Origin: Camelus ferus
Taxonomy: Eukaryota
Direction of reading: 5' to 3'
DNA length: 64,000 nt
NCBI RefSeq assembly: GCF_009834535.1
Contig: NC_045698.1
Span: forward strand, 15,316,001-15,380,000
Shown here: positions 26,904 through 38,972 of the stretch, piece by piece
Position numbering within the stretch: the first letter of the stretch is position 1
Layout of the letters: each line of letters begins with the position of its first letter
Program-made: the position numbers and the translations under genes
Notes under the pieces: generated by a model
Database searches by the model: none
Told to the model about the DNA's origin: nothing
What the model saw: only the letters and a program-made list of their open reading frames with translations

Positions 26904-27120
26904 CTGACATTTTTGAGTGCTCATGTACATTAGGCTATGAACTAGGGCTTTAAATAAATTGTCTCATTACTGAAAAATCTACATTATAGTCTCAACTATT
27001 ATTTTCCTTCACATTTTTCAGAAGAGGAAGCAGACTTAAAATTCACAAATTTAGTAGGGAGCAGAAATAAAAATTTAACTCATTCTAAATGCAGACCCCA
27101 TGATCTAAACACTGTAACAA
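26904..27120 (-). mobile_element. MIR SINE (host of the LTR insertion)
   Basis: Empty site 'agctgacatttttgagtgctca' matches the MIR end 'AGCTAACATTTATTGAGCGCTTA'; also 'catttttcagaagaggaagcagac'. Confidence 0.7.
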
Positions 27121-29044
27121 GAGAAGAGTGTAAGATATTCATCTCAGAGGGCTCTTTGAAGCTTTCAAGATGTTGAATAAAAAGCAGGTAGGTCTCAATT
27201 GAGGGGCAGAACACACAGGTATTTGCTCTTCCTTCTGTTAAGAGTACAATAAGGACGTCCCTGAGACCAGCCCTTTCTAAACTAGAAAGACTAAATTTAT
27301 GTATTAGCCATTGATCTAAGACTAAAATGTCAAACAAAAGGTTCTTCAATTATTTTTTTCTCCTGGTACAAATTCTGACAGAGGAGACTCACACGCATAG
27401 CCCACTTGCATCAGCTATCACTGCACAGTAGGGGTTAAGAAATGGGTCAGTATGAGAAAGAAGTTGTTCTGTAGGAAGATGAAATCCAGCTGACCTCTGT
27501 TCAGGGGAAGTAAGCTGTTCCCTTGACTGAGGAGTCAGCGTCTTCAGCTGTCATGTTGGCTTGTACTTGGTGACCTACATAAAATCCTCCTGTCTTTTGA
27601 TGATCTCTCCCAAATCCGCCAAGTTGCATCCTTCTGTTTTGACACTGGATTTCCATCGTGGCCATGGCCCACCATCTTCTCCATCCCAGTGGCATCCCCT
27701 TCGACTATCCTTTACTCTTACACGAGCCACTGGTGTTTTCTTTCTCTTCCTCTCCATACCCTTTCTAAAGTTTTCTGCGGGGTCAATTTGATAATCACAT
27801 CACCCCGTGTTATTTTAACATCAGGAGCCTGCTTATAATTTTTTTATATAGTAGTCGTGCCTTTTCCTCTGCATTTCTGCTACAGTAACTCTAGATGTTT
27901 TCAAGTTACTTCATTCCCTTCGAATGAAAAAGGAAAGAAAAGGGTGCAGAGAAGTTACAATAATTAGTATTTTAAGATCTTTTCAAAGTAACGTAACAAA
28001 ATCTATGGTTTAACTCTTTCTCATACATTTTTCTCACGTTCCTGGTGATCTGCTGATCACATTTTAGCATGTTCTGCATGCAGATAAACCAGAAGATGTG
28101 TACACTGATTCTTCAGACTTGCTACTCTTCCTGCCCACTGTTTCTTCTTGTCCCGTTGTCTCAGTCACTCAGTCTTGAAAACTGATAGTGATACCCTCCA
28201 TTCTCATTGACCTCATAATTAGTTGGCTAAACTTTCAGTGATACCTTAATTCTTTAATCAATTTACATCCTTTCCCCACTCATCTCTTTATTGGATTAAT
28301 TGTTGTTATTGGAATAATATGTCCCTTTTTAAAATATTATCATAGGCACGCAGGCACATAATAAAAATGTAAAATAGTTCAGAGGTGCTTGTGAAAAACT
28401 GAGATTACTATATTTTCCATACCCTGTTCCCAGTCCAATTTCTCAAACTCAGCTGTATTTATTTGGACATACCTCCTTATTTGGAAATTACATACTTAAA
28501 TAATCTTTACTAATTTATCAATTTAACTCATTATCTCTTGATGCTCTTCCAGGAAAGATGACGATTTAGTTCACAGGTATTCAACTTCATCACTTTTCTT
28601 CCCCTCAAATAAAGAAAATTATTATTTTAATCCTTTTATTGAGGGTAATTTTCCATTTAAAATATACATTGAATTTGAGGAAGAATTTCACTTGTGCCTC
28701 CTGTTTTAACATCCTTTTGCCTTCTCTCCCACCCTAGTAGCTTCCTTTATTTTTAATACTTCTCTTTATTGCTTTTCTTTTCATCAGTACTAGTTCCCAC
28801 ACACTTTTTTCTTTCGCTGAATTTTGTCCAAATATCTCTTAATCATTGAAGTTTTCCTCTCATTCTTTTTTGCTGTTAAAAGATTTTCTTTGATATTGTT
28901 TCATTGGTGCTTTGGAAAAGAGCAGGGCAGAAGCTTGAAATCAGTCAGCTATCTTGAAAGATAAGCAGTTGTAATAAACTCTCCAACGTACTTTTTGTTA
29001 ATAAAACATTCTGTCATCCCCTGGTTTTCCATTGACTGCAACTA

Positions 29045-29402
29045 CTGAAAATCAGATCCCCAGGAAAGCTGACTCTGAGATGTGGATGTGCATTAAGTTT
29101 ATTACGGAGCATGCGCCCAGATAAGCACCTGTGGGAGAAGGGAAATGATCAGGACTGGGCAGGTAAGTTAGGTTGCATTGCTTTCGCAACAGCTAAGTTG
29201 ACTCACCAGCGTTATCCTGAACTGTGGTAAAGCGGCCAAATCTTTACAGTCAACGCAACCGGTCATCAGATGATGGCTGCCCCTGGGAAGGAGCGTGATG
29301 GATGAGTGCCATCTGCCACCAGCACCCCCAGTAGATGGAAGCTTAATTCTCATTCTTAACGGTGAGTCTGAACTGCTCAGCACGATTTCAATCACAACCA
29401 CA
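29045..29402 (-). mobile_element. LTR16-family ERVL LTR
   Basis: 'gatccccaggaaagctgactctgagatg...tttattacggagcatgc...cacctgtgggagaagggaaatgatcaggactgggcag'. Confidence 0.7.
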
Positions 29403-29959
29403 AAATCTAAAATCTCGGCCTGGAATTGAAAACTGTCCAGTCTATCCTTAACTTGTTTATATACTTTTATTTCCCACAACTGCCCAGTGTGAATCCAAGA
29501 ATTCTGGTAGAACTAAGTACTCTCTGTTGTTTCATAATCCTCTCTTTTCCTGCCTTTGACATCTTCTGAGCTCAGCGTGGCCACCACGCTTGTTATACAT
29601 AAAGCTCTTTCTGATCAGACAAGTTGAAAGGACCTTTCCTGCTTCTGAATGCTTTTAGAATATTGTAACATAGACAAATGTATTTATGGCATTGCCCTGA
29701 ATTATAATCATTAGAGTATGAATCTTACCTCATCATGAGATTGTAACTTAAGATGCTCCATAATGGTCATTAAAATAGTTATTAAATCACTATTAAAATT
29801 AAAATGAGGAACTGTTAAAAGCAGAGTTAAAAACTGAATTATGCAAACAAGGAGATCAGATTTGAGCTGGGGTTTCAAATCTTAGTGAGTAAACATGACT
29901 TTCTTTGTTTCCTGGGAATTCTCAGGTTATATGAAGGCTTGTTACTTTGTGGTTTACTG

Positions 29960-30120
29960 GTTATGAGGCTCAGGTCACTTGTTCCAATATTTAATTGCTG
30001 TGTGACCTTGGATGTATTACCTTTCTGAACATTAGTTTCCCAGTCTTGAAAACATAATAGTCACAGGTATGTAAGACATTAAATGTGATAACTTTTAAAG
30101 GCATCACTTCCTGACAGTTA
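29960..30120 (+). mobile_element. MIR SINE
   Basis: 'gctgtgtgaccttggatgtattacctttctgaacattagtttccc' core. Confidence 0.72.
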
Positions 30121-30256
30121 CTGGTGGAATTCTGCATTAACAATGCATCGTCAAGATTATTAAATAAATCATGAATGCTTTCAAAGTTGCATTTTGTTCA
30201 AATTTGGTCGTTTATTGAGAATATTTATAACTACTTCAGTAATTTAATATGTGCCA

Positions 30257-33200
30257 CTTTTTTATTGCAGTAAGAACACAATATGAGACTGACCTTCTTA
30301 ACAAATTTTTGAGAGTTTGAAAGTGTTTGAAAAGGATTGACATTAATTTCTCTTTAAATATTTGGTAGGATTCACCAGTGAAGTCTTCTGGTTATGAGCT
30401 ATTTTGTTTTTGTTAGAAAGTTTTTGATTACTGATTCAATCTCCTTATTAGTTATACGTCTGTTCAGATTTTCTATTTCTTAATGATTTAGTCTAGATAG
30501 ATTGTATGTTTCTAGGAATGTATTCCTTTATTTTTGTGTCATCAGTTGAATATCTTCCATTTTTGAAATTTTTATTTGAATCCTCTCCTTTTCTCTTGTG
30601 TAATCTAGGTAAAGGTTGCGAGTTTTACCTTTTCAAATATCCAGTTCTTAATTTTATTGATTTTTTTCTATTTTATTTTTTATTTCTCCTCCAATATTTC
30701 TTTCCTTCCATCTGCTAACTTTGAATTTAGTTGATTCTTCCCTTTTAGTCCTCTGAAATATAAATTTAGGTTTTTTATTTGAGATATTTCTTCTTCTCAA
30801 ATGTAAGCATTTATTGCTATGATCTTCCCTCTTGGTACATTTTTTGCTGTGTCCCAAATGTTTTGGTATGTCGTGTTTTGGTTTTCATTTGCCTTAATAT
30901 AGTTTCTAATTTTTCTTTGGATTTTTATTTTACTTATTACTTTTTCAAGAATGTGTTGTTCAATTTCCACATATTTGTGAATTTTTCCAGTTTTCCTGCT
31001 GTTACTGATTTCAAGGTTCATTTTATTGTATTTCAAGAAAATATTTGATATGATATTAATCTTCTTAAAGTTAAGACTAGTTTTAGGACCTAACGTGTGT
31101 TCTATTCTAGGGAATGTTTTATGTGCACTTGAAAACAATGTTTATTCTCCTGCTAGTGGGTGGAATGTGTCTCTTAAGTCTTGGTCTACTGTGTTTTTCA
31201 AGTCCACTGTTTCCTTGTTGACTTTTTGGCTGAATAGTCTCTCTATTATCGAAAGTGTGGTTTAAAGTGACCCTATTATGATTGTATTGGTATCTATTTC
31301 TCCCTTCAGTTCTGTCATGTTTGCTTTATATTTTTAGGTGCTCTGATGTTATATGCATGCTTACTTATAACTGCTGTATTTTCTTAATGAATTGGCCTTT
31401 CTGTCATTATATAATTACAATCTTTGGTGATAATTTTTAACTTAAGGCATATTTTGTCTGATATATGTGTATCCACTACTGCTCTTTTTTATTACCATTT
31501 GCATGGAATGCCTTTTCGTATTTCTTCACTTTCAGCCTATGTGTGTCCTTATCCAAAGTGATTCAATATCATATAGTTGGGTCTTGTTTTTTCAACCCAT
31601 TCAGCCAATCTGTGTCCTTTGAATTTAATCTACTTGCATTTAGAATAATTACTGATAGGTAAGGACTCACTATTGCCATTTTATTACTTTCTGTCTATCT
31701 CAGAGTCCTTGTATTTGTCTTTTCCTCTCTTGCTGTCTTTCTCTGTAAGTTCTTGATTTTTTATTTTTCTTGGAGAGATAATGTTATGCTTTGATTCCTT
31801 TCTCATTTCTTTTGTGTATCTTCTGTAAGTTGTGTGTATGTGTGTGGTTACCATGAGGCTTACAAAAGACATCTTAGAGATATAAAGTCTATTTTAAGCT
31901 GATTACAACTTAACTTCAATCAAATACAAAAACTACACTTTACTTCTCTTCTTTACACACGTTTTATATTATTAATATCAAAGTCACATATTTTATATTG
32001 TATATTGATGAACATTTCGTAATTATAACAATGCTTTTGTGTTTTAACTTTCATAGCACAATTAAAACCACCATTACATTATTACAGTGGTCTGTATTTG
32101 TCTATATATTTTCCATTACCAGAGAGTGTGATACTTTCTTGTTACTGTTTACTTGCTCTTGCTCCTGTGACACCCTAAGGATTTCTTCACTTTTTCATCC
32201 GTTTTTTTCTTTCTGCTCCTCTGACTGGATGACAAGTGACCTGTCTTTGTATTCACTCATTCTTTCTTCTGCTTGATTACGTCCGATGCTGAACTCCTCT
32301 AGTGAGCTTTTCAGTTCAGTTACTGTAGTCTTCAGATCTAGAATTACTATTTAGTGCTTTTTCATATAGCATTTATTTCTTCTGCTAACCTTCTCATCCT
32401 GTTTGTGTATTGTTTTCCATCTGTTTTTTCTTGTAACTCACTGAGCTTCTTTAAGGTGATTATATTGAATTTTTAAAATATAACTTATAGAACTCCATTT
32501 TTTTAGGCTTGGTCACTGGAGATTTATTTTGATTATTTTAATGGGTCATATTGTTGTCCTAATTCTTTGTGTTCTTTGTAGATTTCCATCAGTATTTGTG
32601 TATTTGAAGGTACCACTCTTCTAGTCTTTATAGAATGGCTTCACGAGGGAATGGCCTTCACCAATCAGCCCAGCTGGAGTTTTAGGGGACCTCTCAAGCC
32701 TCTTCTGTGGATATATCTTTTCTGGATTTTTGCATTTTTATTACTAATTAGACAGAATTTTTTTCAAGAGCCTGTAATCACTTGCACCCTCAGGTTTCTG
32801 ACCGTTTCACTACAGGCGTGGCTGTTGGAGAAGACTCTATTCCAGTGTAAGGGAGCAGCCTTGGGTTCTGTGCCTTCTGCTACTCTCACAGGGCTGTGCC
32901 AGCTGCAGCCAGCTGCCTTCTGCTTTCCTGTGTTCTCAGCTGTCCCCAGACATCCATACTATGCCAGTTCTGTCAACTCTCTCGGTGAGGCTAAGCAAAA
33001 ATTGGTTTTTCAGGCAGTCCTGGGACACAGGAGCCACTCCCTACACCTTTTTCCCTCCAGGGAGAAGTCACTGACAGTGATGATTTCTCTTGGTTTTGAG
33101 TTGAGCCAGCTTGGGGTAGGGACTGAACTGATGCCGGTAAAGTGACGCTGCTTTTCTTACCTTTTAAATGAGACTGGTCACAGTCAGCGTTGTGCTCATC

Positions 33201-33335
33201 TGGGCTATTACAACCTCTTCACTGGAATCTGAATTTCTCCTAAAGCTGTTTTGGTCTGTATGTGGTTAACTCAGTTCTTCCGTGGGAAAAATAGGGCTAA
33301 GACGTAACTATTTCACAATATTGTTGTCATTACTC
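30257..33335 (-). mobile_element. Old L1 (L1MA8/9 / L1M3-M4-like) with 5' end, ORF1 remnant, ORF2 endonuclease region and short 3'UTR piece; internally deleted
   Basis: ORF 30797-31138(-) 'FSSAHKTFPRIEHTLG...NENQNTTYQNIWDTAK..RGKIIAINAYI' is clearly L1 ORF2; the reverse complement of 33335-33230 resembles the L1M3/4 5' end; 30257-30312 resembles the L1MA 3'UTR. Confidence 0.9.
30797..31138 (-). pseudogene. Decayed L1 ORF2 fragment (endonuclease C-terminus and linker)
   Basis: Translation aligns by eye to L1 ORF2p motifs FFSxxHxTxSxIDH and TTYQNLWDxxKAVxRGKFIA; flanked by frameshifts and stops. Confidence 0.9.
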
Positions 33336-33624
33336 ATTGCATAATAAATACCTTTGAGTCATTATCTTCATTTTCTACATTTAGGGTAATTTATGAAAAT
33401 AATCTTAAGAGGAAAATGTAGCAAATAACTTACATCCCTCTTACCATTCCAGTCCATAGTAGTCGCCGAGTACAGCAGGAAGAAAAAGATCATAGCAAAT
33501 TAGCAACATCTGCCGTGATCATGGACTAAGGGCAGAGTAACACATACATCTGCTATTTGCTATTTTCCTGAAGAAATGCTACCTATAAATGTGTCTTGCT
33601 AAAACGATAATGATTACAACAATA

Positions 33625-33880
33625 GTATTATGATAGTAATATCTTGCTGACAGTGAGTGCTTTCTGTGTGATAAGGTTTGGATAAGCAAAGTGATAAGGA
33701 CTAAGCTAAGTTCTTTATATGTGGGGGCTGACACATTTACTTCTCATGATGAGTCGGGAACTATTGTACCCATTTACCCTTGGGATTTATAAAGTTGAGA
33801 AAGATTAAATAAGAACAAAGTCACAAAACTAGCAATGTTCAAATCCAAGTTTGTTTTTGTAATATGCACCATTTCACCTA
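33625..33880 (-). mobile_element. MIR SINE (degraded)
   Basis: 'gagtgctttctgtgtgataagg...actattgtacccatttac...aaagttgagaaagattaaataa...aaagtcacaaaactagcaa'. Confidence 0.55.
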
Positions 33881-34404
33881 CCGGATAACAGCATATACCT
33901 AAGTGGTGTTTTAAGGTTTTTAAAGTACTTTTTCCATAATCCACCTCATTTATCATGTGAGAGACCATAATGGGGTTGTGGTTGACAGGACAGATGATAA
34001 CACTCATCTGACTTGTCAAAGAAGATCAGAGGCTTTCCTTCAATTGATATGCATACTGCCTGAGCCAGAAGCAAGTTGATATAATGGAGTCAGAAGTCAG
34101 ACACATTATTAACTTACTCATTCACTCACCTTCCATGCAAATATGCCTTGAATGTCTTTTGTGTCACAGGCACTAAGCTTTAATTCTCCTCTGCCTCTGT
34201 TTTAGTGTAGGATGTTTAGTACTTTAGTACTTCATGATTTTATAAGAGCACGGGATACCTATTTAAACAGTTCCAGCTACAGATTTTAACTAACACATGA
34301 TTTGATTATTAGAAAATTATCCCTTATACATAGTTGCCATTAACCTCCTAATAATCTTTTAATTTTAAAATCGTGGCCTAAAATCCCCACACTATTTATT
34401 TAGT

Positions 34405-34640
34405 TCTCATTCTTTGCTAGATAATAATCAAAGCACTTTTAGATATAAGAACATATTTAATCCTCATAGTAACTCAATAATGTCGTTACTCTCATTGTCA
34501 TTTTTTTTCTTTTTGCAGCATTACAGCCGAAGCACAGAGAAGTTAAGTGACTTTCCCAAGATTACACACTTTAAAAGTGGTAGTTTTTATTCTAACCCAG
34601 AGATTCTGTTTCCAAAGCATACTTGTAGCCACAATTTATG
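34405..34640 (-). mobile_element. MIR SINE
   Basis: 'atttaatcctcatagtaactc' and 'gaagcacagagaagttaagtgactttcccaagattacaca'. Confidence 0.8.
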
Positions 34641-36090
34641 ATGCATCATAATGTTGTTCTGAGGGTCATATTAAACTGGATAATAAATGCAACATACCTA
34701 ATAAAAAGTCTTAGACATAGTATATATTCAATAAATGTAAATATCCTTCCCTTGTGAGCCTAGGTTTTATTACTGCAAAGCTGTGCTACTTTTAGTATGG
34801 GGCTCTGCCTCTATAAATAGTGACAGAAAGGAATACTGTGTCAGAGGGATTCTAAACAAAGGATCATGTAATTTATATCCCAAAAATAGTCAGGGAGAGA
34901 ATGTGACTTCCTGTAAGAAAACAATTCCCCTATAGCCTTTTTTTCCCCTCTCCTGTCTGCATTTTTATACTATCAGGCTTGTGTTCATACAAAATTTCAA
35001 ATCTAGATAGTTAACGAAGCAATAAATTATTTAGCTGAAAAGAAAAAGCAATATATTCCCATTCTACACTGAAGCATCTTTGAAATGGGGTAAATTTGAT
35101 AGAGAATTTAAGTCTTTTCACTTATGGTTAATTGCCTACTTATTCAGAACGTATTTGAATTCAGGATACAAAAACATGTAACATATTACTATAGTTTTCA
35201 TTCTTTGAAGATCAGGGTAATTCACATTTTCCTTCTTGTATATTTATTTTTGGAATTATTTATGGTGGTTGTACACTTCTTTCACTGCTGTCTGCCAAAG
35301 ACCTGTTTCCTTAGGAAAAGGGACGCTGACAATTGCAACATAATTCCAAGAGCTCTAAAATATTCTCAGACTGCTCCAAGATGTAAATCCCTTTAGTAGC
35401 CCAGTGGAGACCAGATCACTTCAATAAAGTCAGCAAGAAGCAATGCTTCTTTTCCCACTGTGTTCTTTAGCTGTGTAACAAGTTGAAAGAGGCCATGTCA
35501 TCCATGAAAATGGAATCAGAGCCTACTTAATTCTTCTAAAACATGTTTTGAAAGAACCATAATGTTTCACTTCTCTGATTTTCTCTACCAAAGAATAAAT
35601 TACAAATACTGTTCTGCTCCATACAAGCTAAAAGCTCCCCCTACTGTTGAAGAAACTATTAAGAATGTATCCTCCAATTTCAGCTTCTTGATCAAATCCA
35701 ACAAGGAAGACTTTGTCCCACTGGTAGGACTAAAATGGGGGGGAAAATAAAGAGGGGGTTCAACCTGCCATAGTCATTCAAGGATTACTTTAATTGAATA
35801 TGAGAAAGGTGCTCTAATATTTTGTTCCCTCAGTCTGCATTTTTTCACCATGCTAAATAGGATCCCAGAATTGAAAGATACCCCATTTTTAATCATGTAT
35901 CTCTGCAATGAAAGTCATTTCCTCTGCTGCTCAAAACACACAAAAACTTATCTGTTCTAAATGCTAGAGGAAAAAGCATATTTTGGATATAATGAATATA
36001 TATACACATAAATAACGACACAATATAGAACTTAAAGGTCAGGTTTTGAGGACAAATAGTAGAATCATTTAAGGATTTATGGGATGGCCT

Positions 36091-36480
36091 TGTTTCTTAT
36101 GCTGGATTCCTTCAGAAGTAGACCCAGGGACAATGATTTGGAGTGCAAGTGATTTATTTGAAAAGAATCAGGAAGCAATATATGAGAATGGAAAGGAGAT
36201 GAGATAGATAAAAGCCAAGAAAAGGTGCTTCATTAAACAGGTTATTGCTGTTGATGAGTGAGACTTTTCATGCTGTCAAGTTCAGAGAGATACAGCACAC
36301 ACCTCAGGGTTACAGTCTTGGGGGCAAGAAAGCCAACTCTCCATCTGCCATGGACTGATATTTCCTACATGACTCAGGCTGTTAATTCTAGGACCCTCCA
36401 AGCTTACCTGGAACAGGTGACCCACCTGCTCAAGCCCAGCAATAAAGCCATCAGAGAGCCACAGGTGTCTGCAGGAAGTA
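36091..36480 (-). mobile_element. LTR33-like ERVL LTR
   Basis: 'ggattccttcagaagtagacccagggacaatgatttggagtgcaagtgatttatttg' start and 'cattaaacaggttattgctgt'. Confidence 0.72.
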
Positions 36481-37557
36481 TCTTTGTGGTACCTAGATTT
36501 GAGTTTGATTTGAGTTTTACTTCGATTAGAAAGATACATAAAAATTATTGAAAAGCCTTTTTATTCCTTCTATACAGAATCATACTGATCATGGCAACTT
36601 GAGATTTCATTTTTTTTAGCTTTTAAGAGTTTGTTCACCCAAAATTGGAGGTTCTCAGTCCTTTTGCACCAGGGCAGTGAGACTTCTCAGGAAGCCTTGT
36701 GGATTGTGGGTTGGGACACATGGGGGCTCAGTAAAGCAAAGGGCATCATGAATACTACATAGAGACACCAGCCAAAGAGCTATTTTTGTTGTTCTCATGC
36801 AGTTGTCGTCTTGTTTTTTTGATCTGGAGGTTAATTGTTCATATATTTCTGGCCATTGCTGAACTGAAGAGACTAACCCTGCTGACATTGTAGCCAGATA
36901 AATGTCTCCAACAAAGGTAAAATTATCACTTGAACTTGTCTGCAGGTGCTAACAATGCTTCACTGTATTTGAAATTAAAAAAAAAAGCCCCTATAAACTT
37001 AGCATAACTGCTTCTCAGTGACTTCAAAATTTCTCTTAAGGAAGAGTTTGACAGTGAATGTAAGAAGGGTGGCTGTCATCGTCCATTACGAATTTTAAGA
37101 AGTCATCTCTAGTTTATTCTAAATTCAATCTTCACTGCCTGTACTAGTGAATTTTCACATGGAATAGAAAGATTTTTATTGATAGCATCAGCTAGGGAAC
37201 AAATAGCTCAGGCAAGCTGGTGACAGCAATTTTATTTTAAACTCTGTGTTTCATACCATAATAGACTATTTTAAATAGGATAAATAGTACATTTTTGTTC
37301 AGAACAAAAAAATATAAGTTACTATGTTACATGTTGTAGATATTCGAAAATATTTAGGAACTTCAGATATTCTTTATGCATCCTTGAATAAAATATTCTC
37401 ATCCTAGAAATAAGACTCACTTGAGCTTTAGTGGGCCTGGGGTTGAGTTTAGTTCACCAGCTTAAAAATAATATGTTTAAAGGGGTGAATTATATAGGCG
37501 CTTGATTTGAAAAAAATATGTATTTTTTATCAAAATGATTCAATTTCCAATTCCAAT

Positions 37558-38195
37558 TCTGATGAAGGGAGGGAAGTCAAAAGTCTCCAAACCACCAAGC
37601 AATTCTCTGACACCAGCTGAGTGTCCTGCAATTCAGCTTAATTCTGACACTATCTTCATGGAGATAGTGTCAGATTCCAGAGGTTAAGGACTCAGTGCCA
37701 CAAAGACTGGCCCCTTCACATGCGTGAGATGCCAAAACTAGATTTTTACCCGTGCTTCTGACCAACTAGATATAGATCGAAGGTTCCAATGACCCAACCT
37801 TGGTTCAACTTGCTAAAGCAGCTCACAGTACTGAGGGAAACATTTTACTGACTAGATCGCCTTTTTTTTTTTTTTTTTTTTCAATGAAAGGATCAAATTC
37901 TAGAACAGTCAGATGGAAGAGAAGATTGAGGCAGGGTATGGGGAGAAGGCAAGGAGCCTCCATGTCCTCTTCCAACTCACTGCTCTCCCAAATCTCCACT
38001 TACTCATCCACCAGGAGGCTCTCCAAACCTTGTCCCTTTGGGTTTTTATGGAGGTTTCATTATGCATGCATGATTGATTAAACCACGGGCACTGGTGATT
38101 GGCTCCACCTTCAGCCTCTCTCCCCTCCCAGGAAGTCAGGGGAATGGGACTGAAAGTTCCAACTCTCTAATCACGTGTCTCCCAGTAGCTGGACC
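37558..38195 (-). mobile_element. MER21-family LTR
   Basis: 'ttctgacactatcttcatggagatagtgtcagattcc', 'ggtttttatggaggtttcattatgcatgcatgattgattaaac', 'gggactgaaagttccaactctctaatcac'. Confidence 0.9.
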
Positions 38196-38569
38196 CCTAT
38201 CCTTACATAAGATGACAAAGTCCTCCTCTCTCTGTAGTCCAGAGGAAAGCACAAATACAAAAGCCTTCTGCCTCATGTTCTGTTCTTTGAAGAATTTAGT
38301 AAATGAAAAAAGAGCATTGAAGAACTTTATGAACAATAGTTAACAAATATTGCCAATATTTTTCTTAACACATGTTAATATTTATGTGACCTAGTAATAA
38401 AGGGCAAAGGGAAAAAAGCACAAGCATTTGGGGGGTGGTGGAGTGAAAACAAGAGATTAAATTTTCCATCATGACTCTGCCCTGTACTAGCTGGATAATA
38501 TTGGAAAAAAAATGAAACTTTTGAGTTACAGATCTCAGCTATGTAGAGTGGAACTGATATTCTGTATGT

Positions 38570-38972
38570 TGCATATATAGCTGATTATCCAACAGAAATT
38601 TGTGATTTTCCTTCCACAGTGTGTAGTTGTTAATGGGAATCAGCTGCTCACCAGGGCCTCTATTTCTTAGATCCAGATACAACCACAAGACTTGTTTCTC
38701 TCACTCCAAGTGAAGATGTGTGACACTTTTAGACTAGAGTTTACAGCAACAGGGCATCAGCACCATCTCCTTCACCTTCCGCTAGCTGGTTGCTGTGGAC
38801 CAGTGAACAGCAGAGCAATAAAATAAAGGAGCCTGGGTGCCTGAGTCACCATGTGGAAAAGAGACTCACTCACCAAGATTACCTGCATAGAAGAATTACA
38901 TGAGCTAGAAAATAACATGTCTATGTAACACTTCTGAAATTTGGGATTTCATTTATCCAGCTTCTCTAATAG
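38570..38972 (+). mobile_element. MLT1J-like MaLR LTR
   Basis: 'gcagagcaataaaataaaggagcctgggtgcctgagtcaccatgtgga' and 'tacatgagctagaaaataac'. Confidence 0.72.

Noticed and set aside
29305..29343. CTCF-like strings (ggcagatggcac on the minus strand; ccagtagatggaag)
   Set aside because: Each misses conserved core bases and lies within a decayed LTR16
32651..33145. Longest ORF in the track (164 aa, + strand)
   Set aside because: Lies antisense within the 5'UTR of the old L1; no recognisable protein features
37643..37674. Perfect 13-bp stem tctgacactatct / agatagtgtcaga
   Set aside because: As I recall, this palindrome is part of the MER21 consensus, so it is not locus-specific
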